From Catajapyx aquilonaris (taxonomy: Eukaryota), in contig JYFJ02002351.1 in assembly GCA_000934665.2 (NCBI GenBank), positions 1-58,581 on the forward strand: DNA of 58,581 nucleotides. The letters are read 5' to 3'. Position 1 is the first letter of the stretch, and each line of letters starts with the position of its first letter. The notes beneath the pieces were generated by a model. That model was not told where the DNA came from. It did not search any database and saw nothing but the letters and a program-made list of their open reading frames with translations. Below are positions 1 through 12,414 of this stretch, piece after piece. Position numbers and translations under genes: made by a program.

Positions 1-288
1 CAGGTAACTATAGGTGCGTTTTTCATCCCTTGGTGTGGGCTACCAATGCACCGAATTTGAAAAAAATCCGGTGAGGTCGAAATTTGACCTCTGCCCCCCT
101 CAAAATTGGGTCACGAGGTCATTTTGATCAGGTTACTATAGGTGCGTTTTTCATCCCTTGGGGTGGGCTACCAATGCACCGAATTTCAAGAAAATCGGTG
201 AGGTTGAAATTTTTTGATTTGAAAAATGACCCAAGTTGGCAGGGCAAATCTCCGGACATCATATGATGGCCGTAGGCAGCAAAGGGTT
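1..288. repeat. ~128-bp tandem repeat, ending in a possible piggyBac-like transposon terminus
   Basis: Unit 'caggt(a/t)actataggtgcgtttttcatcccttgg' starts at 1 and again at 129. The region ends in 'cagcaaagggtt(ga)', resembling an AGGG-TTAA terminus; the other end is outside the window. Confidence 0.5.
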
Positions 289-1107
289 GATGTTGAATTT
301 AGCAAGTTGCCACAGTTATAGTTTTAACTGAAGTTCTGTTAGCATTCAAGTCTTCTAAAAGCAAACGCTAAATAAACAACATTATTTCATTTCAATTGTG
401 TGTTAATAAAATTGCAAATTGGTGGGAGATGGAACAAATGATGTAACAAAGTCTCTTTTCATACCCTTATCTTGAATAGAAGCTGCACTTTCAACATGCT
501 TAGGTGCATGTTCACTTTAGGGACTAGCCACTCAAAAGCAAGCATGCGGAATTTCAAAATGTTGATACCTGACTGGCAAAACCTGGAAACAAACATGAAA
601 TTTCACATGGTATGTGAAAAAAGTGTAAAAATCCTTAGGCCTATTTCTTTTCAACTCTTGAAGCTTTCCAGATGTGCCTCAATGGGATCAGGACATGGCC
701 ATCAATGCCATGTTTGCTAACCGGTAAACCAGATATCTAAAAGCACTGACGTTATTTTTTTCTTCCTGTGTGCCCCATGGAAATATGTCACTTTTGTCAT
801 ATCTGGCTTTGTTGCGAATTCCTCGAAATTACAAAAACAAAAGTTAAAAGTCTTCTGCTTTGAGGGTCAGTTCCATTGCTCACAAGGCATATGAGACAGC
901 AAACAGTACAACGTGTGGAGGAGTGTATGGAGGTAATGAGATGAGACAGAATTTCCTTCTTCAACAACTATGTCTGTGGTAATGGTGGTGCAGTATACCA
1001 CTAGTTGTTGATGTCATTCAAATGTTTAGTAATACACAGAAGTAAGCTGCATAATTTTATGCTGCTCTAAGGCGTATGTGAGTAAATCCAAGTTAATGAA
1101 ACGTCTA

Positions 1108-1659
1108 CAGTAAAACTTCTATAAGTCGAAGTTCTCTACAAGTCAAGGAAAATGATGAGCTTGGTTGGTCCCAATGTAAAATAATAGGAAATAAACTTCC
1201 CTAACTCGAATTTCTACAACTCGAAGTGCAGGCAGGGCCTTACCTTCAGTCTCCCTAAGTCGAAGTTCATGCTGGGGAGTACAGAAAATTTTATAATTCC
1301 CCACCCGAAGGGTCGAGAGTAGGCCACATGTACAGAAAGGCTCAATTTCCTGATCTCCGTCTACCAGACGCAGCGAAAGAAGTGTTTGACTCGATTGTGA
1401 CAATTGAATCCTTGAATCTAAGAGTAGGCAAATGTCCATAACAGAGATTTCTTTTGCAACTAAACAACGAGGAACATTGTAACTGTGATAGTGACAGTTA
1501 TTTTAAAGTTTTGAACACCTTTTGTCGCTGGATATAAAGGTATAGGCTTCCTTATAGAGTTATGTACTTAAAAAATTCCAAACTTCTCTAACTCGAATCT
1601 TCTATAACTCAAAGTTTTTTTCCGGTCCCATGGAGATTCGACTTATGGAAGTTTTACTG
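1108..1659. mobile_element. Tc1/mariner (pogo/Tigger-like) non-autonomous element / MITE
   Basis: TIRs CAGTAAAACTTC(T/C)ATAAGTCGAA at both ends, flanked by TA (1106-1107, 1660-1661); internal 'aactcgaa/aagtcgaa' sub-repeats. Confidence 0.85.
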
Positions 1660-2275
1660 TATTTGTCTAATTTGTAAGAGCTGGTTGACTATGGTAATGG
1701 AATGTTTTTAAATCCAAAGGCTTCAACTTTTGACAAAAATTTGTCTGAGGAAATTAGCCACTCATTAACAACATAGCAGTCTTTTACATACTCCCATCAG
1801 AACTGTAGGCTACAACCAGGTCAAAATTAATCAGAAAAATGTCTGACATAAAGCCAAACTCCTCAAATAGTGCATGCCATCACTACCATATGAAATGTCT
1901 AGCAAATCATGAGTTAAACACATTGTTGTCAAGTGAAGCAAATTAACTTCTTATGAAACATATTTCTCGGCCTCAAATCTTTTTGTAAATTAATCAGTTT
2001 TTTCTCAGATCCCAACGACTGGTTATGACTTGTGGCTACAAGCTTGACGGTACTGTATTATTCATATTGAACTATATTGTCACAATCATTTAAAAGTTCC
2101 CAGGACAAGCAAGGTACTCCCAAGCTAGCATGTTGACTGACAACAAATAGGCATAAAATAGGTACCGTATCAAACTGGATTTAAATTACTAGTGATAAGC
2201 CGAAGAACACCACCACTCACTAGGCTTATACCAAATATACAATAACTATGGGTAGACTACATGTAACTGAAGAAG

Positions 2276-2634
2276 AAGGGAGGCGGAGTGGTGCTGCGGT
2301 AACGTATGCGCCCACGGATGTTAAGGTCTCGGGTTCGATCCCAGCCCGGGGACACCCCCTTCATCTCGTGCAGAGTTGGGTTGTCTCTGGCTTCGTCTCA
2401 GGTGGTATCGCCAATAGACAAACCATCCGGGGGAGTTCACAAAACGACCACACACTAGACATTGCACTGCACCTGGCACATCCCCTCCTGTCATCCTGCC
2501 AGTGGGCCCGGGCAATTCACTCAAGGTTCCAGTATTGTACTGCATTGTACTTCAAGTATAATAAAGGTCCGTGCTCCATACCTGATACGGTCTAATACTA
2601 CCTGGATTGTTGTTGTTATTATTAATTATTATTA

Positions 2635-2671
<37 letters not shown>
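2276..2671 (+). mobile_element. tRNA-derived SINE, full length with (ATT)n tail
   Basis: A-box-like TGGTGCTGCGG and B-box GGTTCGATCCC; (TTA)n tail ~2617-2671; target-site duplication TACATGTAACTGAAGAAG at 2258-2275 and 2672-2689; related copies at 30081 and ~15400. Confidence 0.9.
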
Positions 2672-2674
<3 letters not shown>

Positions 2675-2944
2675 ATGTAACTGAAGAAGCATGAGTTATT
2701 GTTAATTTACATTTATGCAACCAGTTCTAAATCTGAAGCCAGGCTGTCAATTTTATGTTTCTAAAGTGACAAAGGTATAGACAATACTTGCTAAAGGACA
2801 AACCTGTGCGGATGAATTCATCAATCAATGCCAAGGCAGCTTCAGTAGGGCATTTGTCCGTTAAACTGAAAGCCTATGGAAATTGTCCGTCTCCTAATAC
2901 AATAAAAAACAAAAACATATATTGCATGTCCATAATTCGAGGTA

Positions 2945-3242
2945 CGTACACCCAAGAGGGTAGTCACTTCAGAGAGCAGGTGTACACCCTCACTGGTGAG
3001 CGGCAGAGAACCGAGGGAATACTGCGTCATATTGACGTCATATCATTGCCTCTGTCCCTTTGTCCAAGCCTTTGTCCAACCTTTGTCCCTACCCCGTGGG
3101 TTGTGACGTAGTTGGCTCTCCGCGGCATCCATGAGCCCATAAGACCGTGGGTGAGCCTGAGCCGGGGGAGAGCCTTGGAGAGCTGCAACTCAAGAGAGCC
3201 GGTGTACACTTTTTTGTGGAGTGACTACCCCCTTGTGTACAC
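2945..3242. mobile_element. MITE-like element with imperfect terminal inverted repeats
   Basis: Left 'gtacacccaagagggtagtcact...ggtgtacac' mirrors right 'ggtgtacac...agtgactaccccttgtgtac'. Confidence 0.6.
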
Positions 3243-3349
3243 CTGTAAACTGAAATAAAAAGTGTACATATACAAACCTGAGGAAAGTTGCAATTGTTTT
3301 ATCCAAAAACATAATTTTATTGCCAAAAAATGCAGTTGGAACGTCAATC

Positions 3350-6286
3350 TCACTCATCCTTCCCCTTTTTCTTATCCTCCTCCTTCTCCTTTCCTTTCTC
3401 TCGCTTTTGTTTCAACAGCTGTTCATATTTCGCCTTGCTTTTGTGCCACAGCAGAAAAGGGATTCCAAGAGAGGGAAGGGTCATTACTGCAAATGCCAGC
3501 CAGTCCATCTGAAAAAACACAACAGAATTATTTTAAAAATGGTTCCTGTGAATAAGGGCACATTCACATGAGTCCAGGATGTGCCATGTCGATTAAAGAA
3601 CAAATGAGTTTTTCCAATATATTAGTTTCATCATTGTTTAGTACTACAGCATGTATTTAAAAGCATTAGCCATAACACCAGTTTTCAGTGTAAATCTTTC
3701 TGGTAAAGCATATCACTTGACACAGAGCCGGCCCTAGGGAAGGGCAACAGGGGCCCCTGCCCCAGGCCCCGTGCTACTGAAGATCAGGGGCAACTCACAG
3801 AAAAGTCCAAAACTGGGAAAGCCCAACACACTGGTATTCCTTCATTGGCCCACTTAAGAAAACATAACCTTCTCGCATCATAATGTAAAAATCTTGAAAC
3901 CTACACATGTGTAGGCCTACGTTGGTTTATTCCGAAGAACATCAACTTGATGCACATGCACTCCTGATAGAAGGAAATTCCCAAGCCCCAGCCACGCTGT
4001 CATTTGCAAGCCTTCTTCTTCCATAAGGCATCTTAATCCCTTCGTGGGATTTCCTTCACTGATTAATTGGCCAGGCCCCACGCTGCCAAATGCCACTTGT
4101 GATTTTTAAACTCTACTGAGTAGGCCTACTTATTTTCGCATTTTTGCTACGAATCTTAATTACGCTACTAGAAACACCGTCGCTTCGCTCAAATTTTTCT
4201 ATGGCGCAGGCCAAGCACTCAGCAAGACGAGACGTTACCATATCGGCCATCTACACCTCCCCCTAAAGTGCCCACATTATGATAGCAATAACCTGAACAG
4301 TGAAGTGCACTGTGATTGGGAAGCAGCTACCGCTTTCAATTACAGAAGGGTGTCCCTGGTAGTGTCCCTTTCCAGAAGGTACTGTACCAAGAAGTGAGGG
4401 CAGCCTCAGGCCAGGTGCCTGGGGCTTGCTCAGCATGTTCTGGGAAGTGATAACTTGTGACACATGGCAAAGCTAAAAGGATTCCTTATTTCAGACTACA
4501 TGGTCAGTTCGAAAAGGGCTCTGGAAAGTGACGCCCAGTGGCGTGACACGAGTGAGTAAGTGAAGGGTTCTGCTGCATGTGTACTGTTTGAGTGTGTAGG
4601 TGAGCAGTGCGATTGAATACGTGAAGTGGCATATCCAACGCAAGAATTAGCACACACTTGGTATATGCTCCTTTTGTTAGATTTTGTGAACGGAATCAGC
4701 ACAGTGAGTAATTAGACCAGTGCTTCCCAATCTTTTTCATTGGACACCCCAAAAAGTCATCTCATAAAATTTGCGACCCTCCAAGCGTGCACATTTGGAT
4801 CCCCCAACATGAAAAGACAGGTGAACAGTGAAATGAGAAATCATTGACAACATTACTATTGGAGAGTGTCAGAACTGTTTTGTAACTTATCTTGTGGGAA
4901 TAATTTTCATGAGAGATAGCATCATTTGTGGAGGGAAAATTGTTACCATCCCTCGCAACCCCAAATATTAAGTTCACGACCCTCAGGTTGGGAAGCACTG
5001 AATTAGACACTCTTACTGCCAGATATGTCAAGTTGGGAAAGAGACAGATACAGGAAGTAATATTCAGTACTGTACAGTACCATTCAGTGATGCTTTTTCA
5101 TAATTGCTAATTACTCAAAATCGACTTTTAGAAATTATTTTAAAGATTCACCTGTTCAATTTTGCTTTTCTATCTAAAAACATGATTTTATATGCGAAAA
5201 ACTGCTAATAACTATGCACCAACAGAATTATTGGTTCCGTAACTCGTGTTGTATAGAAATTTACTCATTGAGAATTTTCTTGTTACCCTGGGCCCTGCAC
5301 CCGCCTATGGCCAGCACTGACTTGACCAAATATATTATTTTATTAATAGTTTTTTCCCTTTACAAATCTATGAACACTAGCACCACAACAGATCTTCGCA
5401 GTAGGCATTGCATATTCCAAGCCTGGATGAGCTTGTTTATTAGCCAATCTAATTTCAGTGTATTTCTGCACAGTTTATGTGCAACATGGTGTGTCTGGGT
5501 CACTATTTAATCCTGCACTTTCATTTTTCTGCATTTCCTAACTCATGCGAATACACTGAACGCTTATAACCATGCATACCAAATGTGGAGAGAACTTCCT
5601 GTCGTACTCCTTGAAGGACACGATGAACCCTTCTCCAGGTTCGCTGCTGTAAACTACACTAACTTCCTTGCTGTCCTCGGAGGGAAGGTAGCTCACTTCT
5701 GCGGCTGAAAAGTTGTACATCCCGGACTTGGTGGGTCTTACCACAACAGTGTGGGACACATTTGTTCCGGGAGCCATGCGGTCCAACTTGACCTGCGATG
5801 AAGGATCAACTGTTATAATAACCCGGATCACAACCCATGACATTTATGATGTTTCAAATGAAACCTATCACAGTGAGTGGCATGAAGATGTAGTGGTAAT
5901 CGCTCGTGCATTTCATAAATTCATTATTTCTATTGCTCCATACATTGACCCCTACATTACTGTTGTCAGTTTTTAATACGGGCATTCAAGGTCAGTTGCA
6001 TATTCCCTTATTTAAATACTTAAAATGGACATATCACCTTCAACTGCCCGCCCACATCATCAAACTCGCTAGGATGGAAGCTGTGATCAATCAGCTGCAC
6101 GTTGATGGCCGCACTGCTCCCGATATTGTAGATGGTATACTTGACAAGGATATCGACCGACTCCACCAGGAATTTGTTGAACACCTGCTTAGAAACCAGC
6201 AGCCTCGCCTGGGGCTCCTCATCTTGGCTGGACCCCCACGCTCCCGGAGCCACCAGTCCCAACACCACAATAAGTAGAAGCTTCAT
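3350..6286 (-). CDS. SSR2: Translocon-associated protein subunit beta (TRAP-beta), 206 aa, 3 coding exons
   Basis: Exons 6286-6038, 5792-5580, 3508-3350, all phase 0 with GT-AG. Signal peptide [18 protein letters not shown], then [68 protein letters not shown]. The last exon is missing from the ORF track. A non-coding exon 1 has its donor at 6479; AATAAA (-) at 3321-3316. Confidence 0.95.
3723..5319. mobile_element. hAT-type non-autonomous DNA transposon in the last SSR2 intron
   Basis: TIRs CAGAGCCGGCCCTAGG / CAGTGCTGGCCATAGG (13/16); 8-bp TSD ACTTGACA (3715-3722) / ACTTGACC (5320-5327). Confidence 0.75.
4718..5000. mobile_element. hAT (Charlie-like) MITE nested in the previous element
   Basis: Perfect 13-bp TIR CAGTGCTTCCCAA; perfect 8-bp TSD AATTAGAC (4710-4717, 5001-5008). 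Confidence 0.9.
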
Positions 6287-6479
6287 CCTGCAAGAAACCA
6301 TTCATTGTATGCCACGATACAAACGAAGGGATGGAACACTTCTAATCCCAATTATTTTGCCCCCCAATTTCTGAAAACCAAGCGGCATGACCTACATGAT
6401 TTTCGGTTGCGGTGCTAATGACAGTGCCAATCTTCCACATATTTGTGTCCCCCACCCCAGTTGTGCAGGATCGACTCAC

Positions 6480-6994
6480 CTGAACTAGAAGAGGCAGACG
6501 GAGGCTCCACGCTTCCTTCCCTCTCTCCTCCAGCAGCTAAAAGTCCACGTTTCCCACACCACACCAGCGAGACCCAAGGGGGCTTATCTCCAGGCCGCGT
6601 CCAAATGCGCCGCCGTCCTGCCTAGCAACCCACCCTTCCGTCCTAACGCTAATTACAACGACCGCAACGAGCTTATTAATTGGCACACATGTTCATTACA
6701 CAATTGTTGCGAACACTTGCAACAGAACAAAATCTGATCACAAGCCGTGGATAGATGTCAACTTACGAGAACATGTGTGACATTCGGTCGCTGCCATCTC
6801 CACGTCCTTCCAACGATGGCCACAGTTTCCGTCGCCGGTTGTGAGCACAATTTATTAAATTTTTAATATGCAGCCTCGCACGTTTTACTCCATATTAATG
6901 GCAATGAGTATGAGCTGAACGCGTTAGGATGTAATTAATGAGCGTTATGGCACCAGTTGGTTGCGCGTCTGGCAACCCTGCTTGCAGTGCAAAG
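6480..6994. promoter_or_regulatory. SSR2 non-coding first exon and probable bidirectional SSR2/CDK7 promoter
   Basis: SSR2 donor GTGAGT at 6479-6474 and CDK7 ATG at 6995 are ~515 bp apart and divergent; the interval is CpG-rich. TSSs cannot be placed. Confidence 0.6.
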
Positions 6995-8662
6995 ATGGAG
7001 GACAAGTTGAAGCGGTACGAGAAAGTTGACTTCCTCGGAGAAGGACAGGTTGGTCAAGAAAAATGGGGGGAAAAGCGGCCTAAAGGGGCCTTAAACACTC
7101 GACATACAACAGGGTTTCAATACATGAAGCTTTGGTTGCCCATGGATCATACTACATTAAAATATGCTTAATGGTGATTACGGACGACATGATTGTCAAC
7201 AGCACAGCATTCATTAGGAGCATTGCCACATTAGAAATAAACGTTAATTAAGGAATTAACACGCTGGCTTAATTTTCCAGTTTGCGACAGTATACAAGGC
7301 GAAGGACATCGAGGAGGATGGGAAAATTGTTGCTGTCAAGAAGGTACAGAAAGGCACTGGCGCTTACATTTTAGTGTATGCGGATAGTTAAACCGCATTT
7401 TGTAATTTCAGATTAAGCTGGGAAGCCGGGCGGAGGCTCGGGATGGGATCAATCGTACTGCTCTGCGTGAGATCAAGATCCTGCAGGAGCTGAAGCATCC
7501 CAACATAATCGGGCTTCTGGATGTGTTCGGACACAAGTCTAATGTGTCGTTGGTGTTTGACTTCATGGACACTGACCTGGAGGTTATCATTAAGGACACC
7601 ACCATTGTGCTGACTCCGGCAAACATCAAGTCTTACACTATAATGACCCTGAAAGGACTGGAGTATCTGCATTTGAACTGGATCCTGCATCGTGATATGA
7701 AACCAAACAATCTGCTCGTCAACACCCAGGGTGTCTTAAAAATAGGAGATTTCGGTCTGGCCAAATTGTACGGGAGTCCAAACAGGATTTACACGCATCA
7801 GGTGGTCACCAGGTGGTATCGTTGCCCTGAACTGCTGTATGGTGCCCGCATTTATGGAACAGGCGTGGACATGTGGGCTGTCGGCTGCATTCTGGCCGAG
7901 CTGCTTCTGAGGGTACCCTTCTTGCCTGGAGAGTCGGATCTTGACCAGCTGGCACGTATCTTCCAGGTTTTGGGGACGCCCAATGACAAGACATGGCCGG
8001 TAATTGTTGTATTCAAACTATCCAACCGTACTCTCCCTTCAGTGTCAGGCTTCTTGCCAATTAATCGCAGGATTGTTGTAAATTGAACGTTTGTACAATC
8101 AACAGGGCATCATGTCATTGCCAGACTATGTGACCTACAACGAATTCCCTGGAACCCCTCTTCGGAACATCTTCACAGCTGCAGGAGATGATCTGTTGGC
8201 ATTGCTCGAGGCCCTTCTAGCTGTGAATCCGCAGGTTCGATGCAACTGCAGTACAGCTCTCCGCATGCCTTACTTCAGGTAAGTCCTGGTTTTCCACATC
8301 AGTGAGGTATAGAGAGTTCTCGTTACGTGATTCTATGATTCAAGGCTAAGCAAAGTACTTTCTGTGCTCTTATGGGTATATACTTTAGGGGAAAAAGTGC
8401 TGATTATCAGGATATGATGAGAACTGGCTACACACTTTTAAAAATTATTGAAACCCGTCCTAGAAATAATTCGACACTAATTTATACTAACATGACCGTT
8501 CAATTGTTCAGCAACAAGCCTGTGCCAACAGCTGGCCCAAATCTGCCTCTACCAGCAAGCCTTCGGCAGAAGGAGGAAAAAAGTGAGGACAAAACAAGGA
8601 AACGGAAGCATCCAAGAGACAATGGGGGTGAATCATCACTGGTGAAGCGCCTTCAGTTTTGA
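6995..8662 (+). CDS. CDK7: Cyclin-dependent kinase 7 (CAK/TFIIH kinase), 342 aa, 5 exons
   Basis: Exons 6995-7048, 7281-7343, 7412-7999, 8106-8278, 8512-8662 (1029 nt). [11 protein letters not shown] glycine loop, NRTALRE helix, [12 protein letters not shown]-loop [23 protein letters not shown] at 8697-8702. Confidence 0.97.
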
Positions 8663-8788
8663 GCTGTGAATCTTTACTATGCATAATTGTGCAAGTAATA
8701 AAGTTAAGTGTGGACTACAACAGATGCCTCACACAGTATTTAGTGCAAATAATTACCCAGTACTGAAGAGGAAAAAAACATTGGCGGG

Positions 8789-11700
8789 TCAGAGGTTAGG
8801 TGGTGCATCCTGAAGAAAAGAGAGATTTGATTATTAATAAATCATGGCATAAGTGCAAGTGGCCTTCTTAACAGGCATGCAAGTTGTCAGAAGGCTTCAT
8901 TTTCCATTATTATTATTGTGCTTTACTTCTGCTACTATTACTTCAGTATAAGTTGGTTCTACGAAGCAAAAGTTTCAAAATGGCAAAGAGGTTGAACATC
9001 AAGAGTTAGTGGTTACTTTTTTTTCCGACTCTTACCTGCTTTAAGTCAACGTATCCTCCATTGATCACAACTTGGTCGCTCTGCTCAGATGTCACCCTGA
9101 AGTGCACCCTCTCCCTTCCGCTATTCTCCCACATGTCCACTCGAAATGTGTCACCAGGATAGAGTGGTTTTGCAAACCGGCCCTTGACTGCCCTGATTCT
9201 CTCCACGTCATTGCCAGTGTAATTCTGCAAGACAGCCCTAACAGCTATCCCAAAACAACAGAGGCCATGGAGGATTGGACGCTTGAAGCCTCCTAATGCA
9301 GCCGCATCTGGGTTTATGTGCAAGGGGTTGAAGTCGCCAGACAGGCGATACAGAGCAGCCTGGTCCACAGAAGTGGGAAACGAGGCTGATTTGTCTGGGC
9401 TGCGAGACGGAGGCTCTTCCGGCTTGATAGCATGGCAGGAGTTGTGCTTTCCACCAAATCCTCCCCTTCCAACAGAGAAGAGTGAGAACTGGTTGAACAT
9501 CACTTTGTGGCCAACCTTGTCGTATGTGTCCACTGTCAAGAAGAGTTGGGCATGCCATTGGTATTATTGTCCTTCAAATACTGATTAAAACTGGAAAGTG
9601 AGCAGACATAGGATGTGCTAGTCTACCATGAGATATAATGTACTCACCATTGACAATTACAAGGGTTCCAGACCCCTTATCAAGCACATCAACCAATGAG
9701 ACTTGGGAATGCAGTGTATCAGAGGGCTTCAGCGGCTGGAAGAGTTCAATGAATTGCTCTCCATGAAGGATACGTCGGAGATCAAGGTGCAATCCAGGCC
9801 ACCCTCCGAACACCAAGTTGCTGGATACAATAGCATGCTGGGCTGGAACTATCCCAAATGTTGGGATAACAGAAAAGTGCTTCTCCCCTTCAAACAGGAA
9901 CTTTAGGAAGTCTGGCTCCGTAGTGGACACTCCAATGCCCAGAGCATAAACAATTACTTCATGTGGTTTATATGAGTAAGTGCAACGTGGAGGCTTGTAT
10001 GAGAGGGCGCGACTCTGAAAATTAAGAAAAGGAAGACACTCAAGCATGCATTCCGTTCTGGTATGGTGTTGGGTAGACGTGTGGTGCAGTAACTTCATCA
10101 TGACATAAATTTGATACTGAAACAGTAATCATATGCATAGAATACTATACCAAGTCAGTTGTAGCTCTGGAAGGCCCTACTTGTTGAGTCCGAGCCTTCA
10201 TCTCCTCCAGGGTCATCAAAAACGACCCTGTCACCTCCTGAATTGAACTGGGTGGAGTTGCTCCTTCCATGTCTGTTGCTTTGTCCCACTTGGCCTGGAC
10301 ATCTTCCAGCGTAGGTACCTTCAGCAGGTCCCCCCTCAAGGCCACTCCGCCTCCCCTGTACCACTGGTACCTCCCCACCCAGCCTGCTGCGGACTCTATC
10401 ACGCATCCAGAGTCAGAGCATGACTCGTGGCACATCCAGCAAACCACAGGGGCAATCAGCTCAGGCTTCAGCTGCTCCAACAGATCTGGTGGCATTATGT
10501 CTTCAGTAAGACGTGAAGCAGCCATGGGGACAATTACGTTGCAGTGGATGTCGTACTTGCGTCCTTCAATTGCCAAAGTGTTAGCCAGACCAATCAGGGC
10601 CATCTTGACAGCACTAGAATAATGATGTTAAGATATGCCTTACATCAAACTTGTTAGACAAAGTCCCTTTCCAATAAGAAAACCTACCTGCAGCAGGCTT
10701 GTCCAGAGTTGCCAAGTAGACCAACCACAGATGAAGTCATGATGATTCGCCCAAACCCCAGGTTCCTGAAGTGACGCCAAGCAGCCTGTGTGGTGCGGAA
10801 GATCCCCTTCAAGTGAGCCTGCTGCGTCAAATCTGAAAAATAATATTATTGCAGCATTCAAAGTATGTTGGCCAAAGTCCACATGTCTGCTAACAATATG
10901 CAGTCACACAAGTTCAGAAATGTGCCTTCAAATCAAATGCAACCTGAAGCTTACAATGTACGATGTACTATTTTAAAAATTAAATTAACATCTTGAAAAA
11001 TGCAATAGTGCTCAGTGTGTTACCCATGGCATTACCTAACATAGGCCTATTTCCATAAAACAATCATGTTCACACTGTAAGTGTATCGCTTGGTCAGTTA
11101 TGGATCAGTACAGTTACCTAAAATTACTGTAAAGCCTCTGAATCTATTTGAACCTGCTAAAAACGTTGTTAACGATGTTGATGCAACTTACCCCAGTCAC
11201 TGTCACTAATCTGGTCAAAAGAATTATCTTGGAGGATCTCAGTACTGTCAACAAGGATGTCCACATGACCAAACGAACTGAGAGCAGTTTCAATGATCTT
11301 CTCGCCATTTTCAAGTGAGTTGTAATCTGCCACTGCTTTCCCACCTACATGTAAAGGTGATGATGCATTTCACAAGTTTAAAAATCTGAATACGTGTGAA
11401 CCCACCTTTTGCTTTGATCTCATGGACAATGGAGTCGGCTGAGCTTGTGCTGATCCCTTCTCCATTCGTGGACCTCCCTGAATCATTGACAACCACGCTG
11501 GCACCCTTCTCAGCAAAAAGCAAAGCGCATGCTCTGCCCAGCTCTAAAATATAGGTAGAGTGTTGCATTCAATTGCTTTTTTCCCATTGAAACTAGAATC
11601 GCCACTTGCATTGCAGGTGCATTGGCTCACACAGTATGCCAACACCTCTTTGATTAGAAAATCAGGATAGTTGTGCTCTGAATTTCGACTTTCTGACAGA

Positions 11701-11927
11701 TGAGTTGAAAGTTTGTCCGCATTATGTTCTCAGATAATTCCAATGATAGAGAGGACTTCCCTGTTGTTCTTTTTCACATTACATGAAAGGACGTGATAGC
11801 AAGTCCGGTCTGTTAGCACAGTTACTTACTCAATATGCGTCAATGTGCTTAGTTACAAACCTGCACCAGCTCCGGTGATGATGGCAACACGTCCATCAAA
11901 TCTGAGTCTGCTCTGTTCACCCGGCAT
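8789..11927 (-). CDS. HSD17B4: Peroxisomal multifunctional enzyme type 2 paralogue B (degenerate SDR domain + intact hydratase 2, no SCP2), 616 aa, 8 exons
   Basis: Exons 11927-11861, 11543-11406, 11344-11192, 10832-10688, 10613-10151, 10014-9648, 9532-9036, 8809-8789 (1851 nt, phases consistent, no internal stop seen). [49 protein letters not shown]. The terminal microexon (DAPPNL*) is inferred by analogy with copy A. Confidence 0.9.
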
Positions 11928-12414
11928 AGTCTCTGATATCTGTCTGTCCTGGAGAAGCAATCCAAAAGGTGCCTTCAGGATGACTTGTTCCAAGTACGAA
12001 GAGAGCTGGCTCTTCTGCAACTTATGTATTACACACCCTATTGCAAAATGGGAGCTGCACAACCCAGAGGAAAAATGCAGTAATACGTTACATCCACTAT
12101 GCTTTATGATACGATTTCAAAATATGGAATACAACTCCTTTCAGTCCAGTTGTTGTTCCATTCCCATTCGCAACAGAGGAGAGCTAGCAAGAAAGCCAGG
12201 TTAAGGAGGAGGATGCAGCGGGAAGTCGGTATGATTGAATCTACCAGGTTAAAATGTCTGCATTTTGGCCCGAGCTTTATTAAGCATCCCTCAACAAGTA
12301 ATAAAAAGTAACAAAATATTGTGGCCTACACCCAACATAATCATCTTTGGTCCCTAATCCCCCAACAAAACATAAACTGAGCAATTAAAAATGCAGCAGG
12401 GTAATATTGGCAGC

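Noticed and set aside
1..260. CRISPR-like or other prokaryotic repeat array (also 14660-15250)
   Set aside because: Long contiguous diverged units without unique spacers, in a eukaryotic intron-exon context with no cas genes.
2278..2352. tRNA gene (also at ~30083, ~15545 and ~18410)
   Set aside because: The tRNA-like heads continue into a SINE body, and two copies have tails and TSDs; these are SINEs, not tRNA genes.
6938..6994. N-terminal extension of CDK7 from upstream ATGs
   Set aside because: CDK7 similarity begins at ATG 6995 (good context AAGATGG); the upstream sequence resembles promoter or 5'UTR and there is no supporting evidence.
9006..9035. ORF-track C-termini of the Mfe2 copies (VRVGKKSNH*; VS* at 13203)
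   Set aside because: Both read through an equivalent consensus donor; matching 6-codon terminal exons exist downstream.
8789..11927. Copy B as a classical pseudogene
   Set aside because: No frameshift, premature stop or broken splice site was found in 8 exons, and the hydratase motifs are intact. Expression is still unproven.
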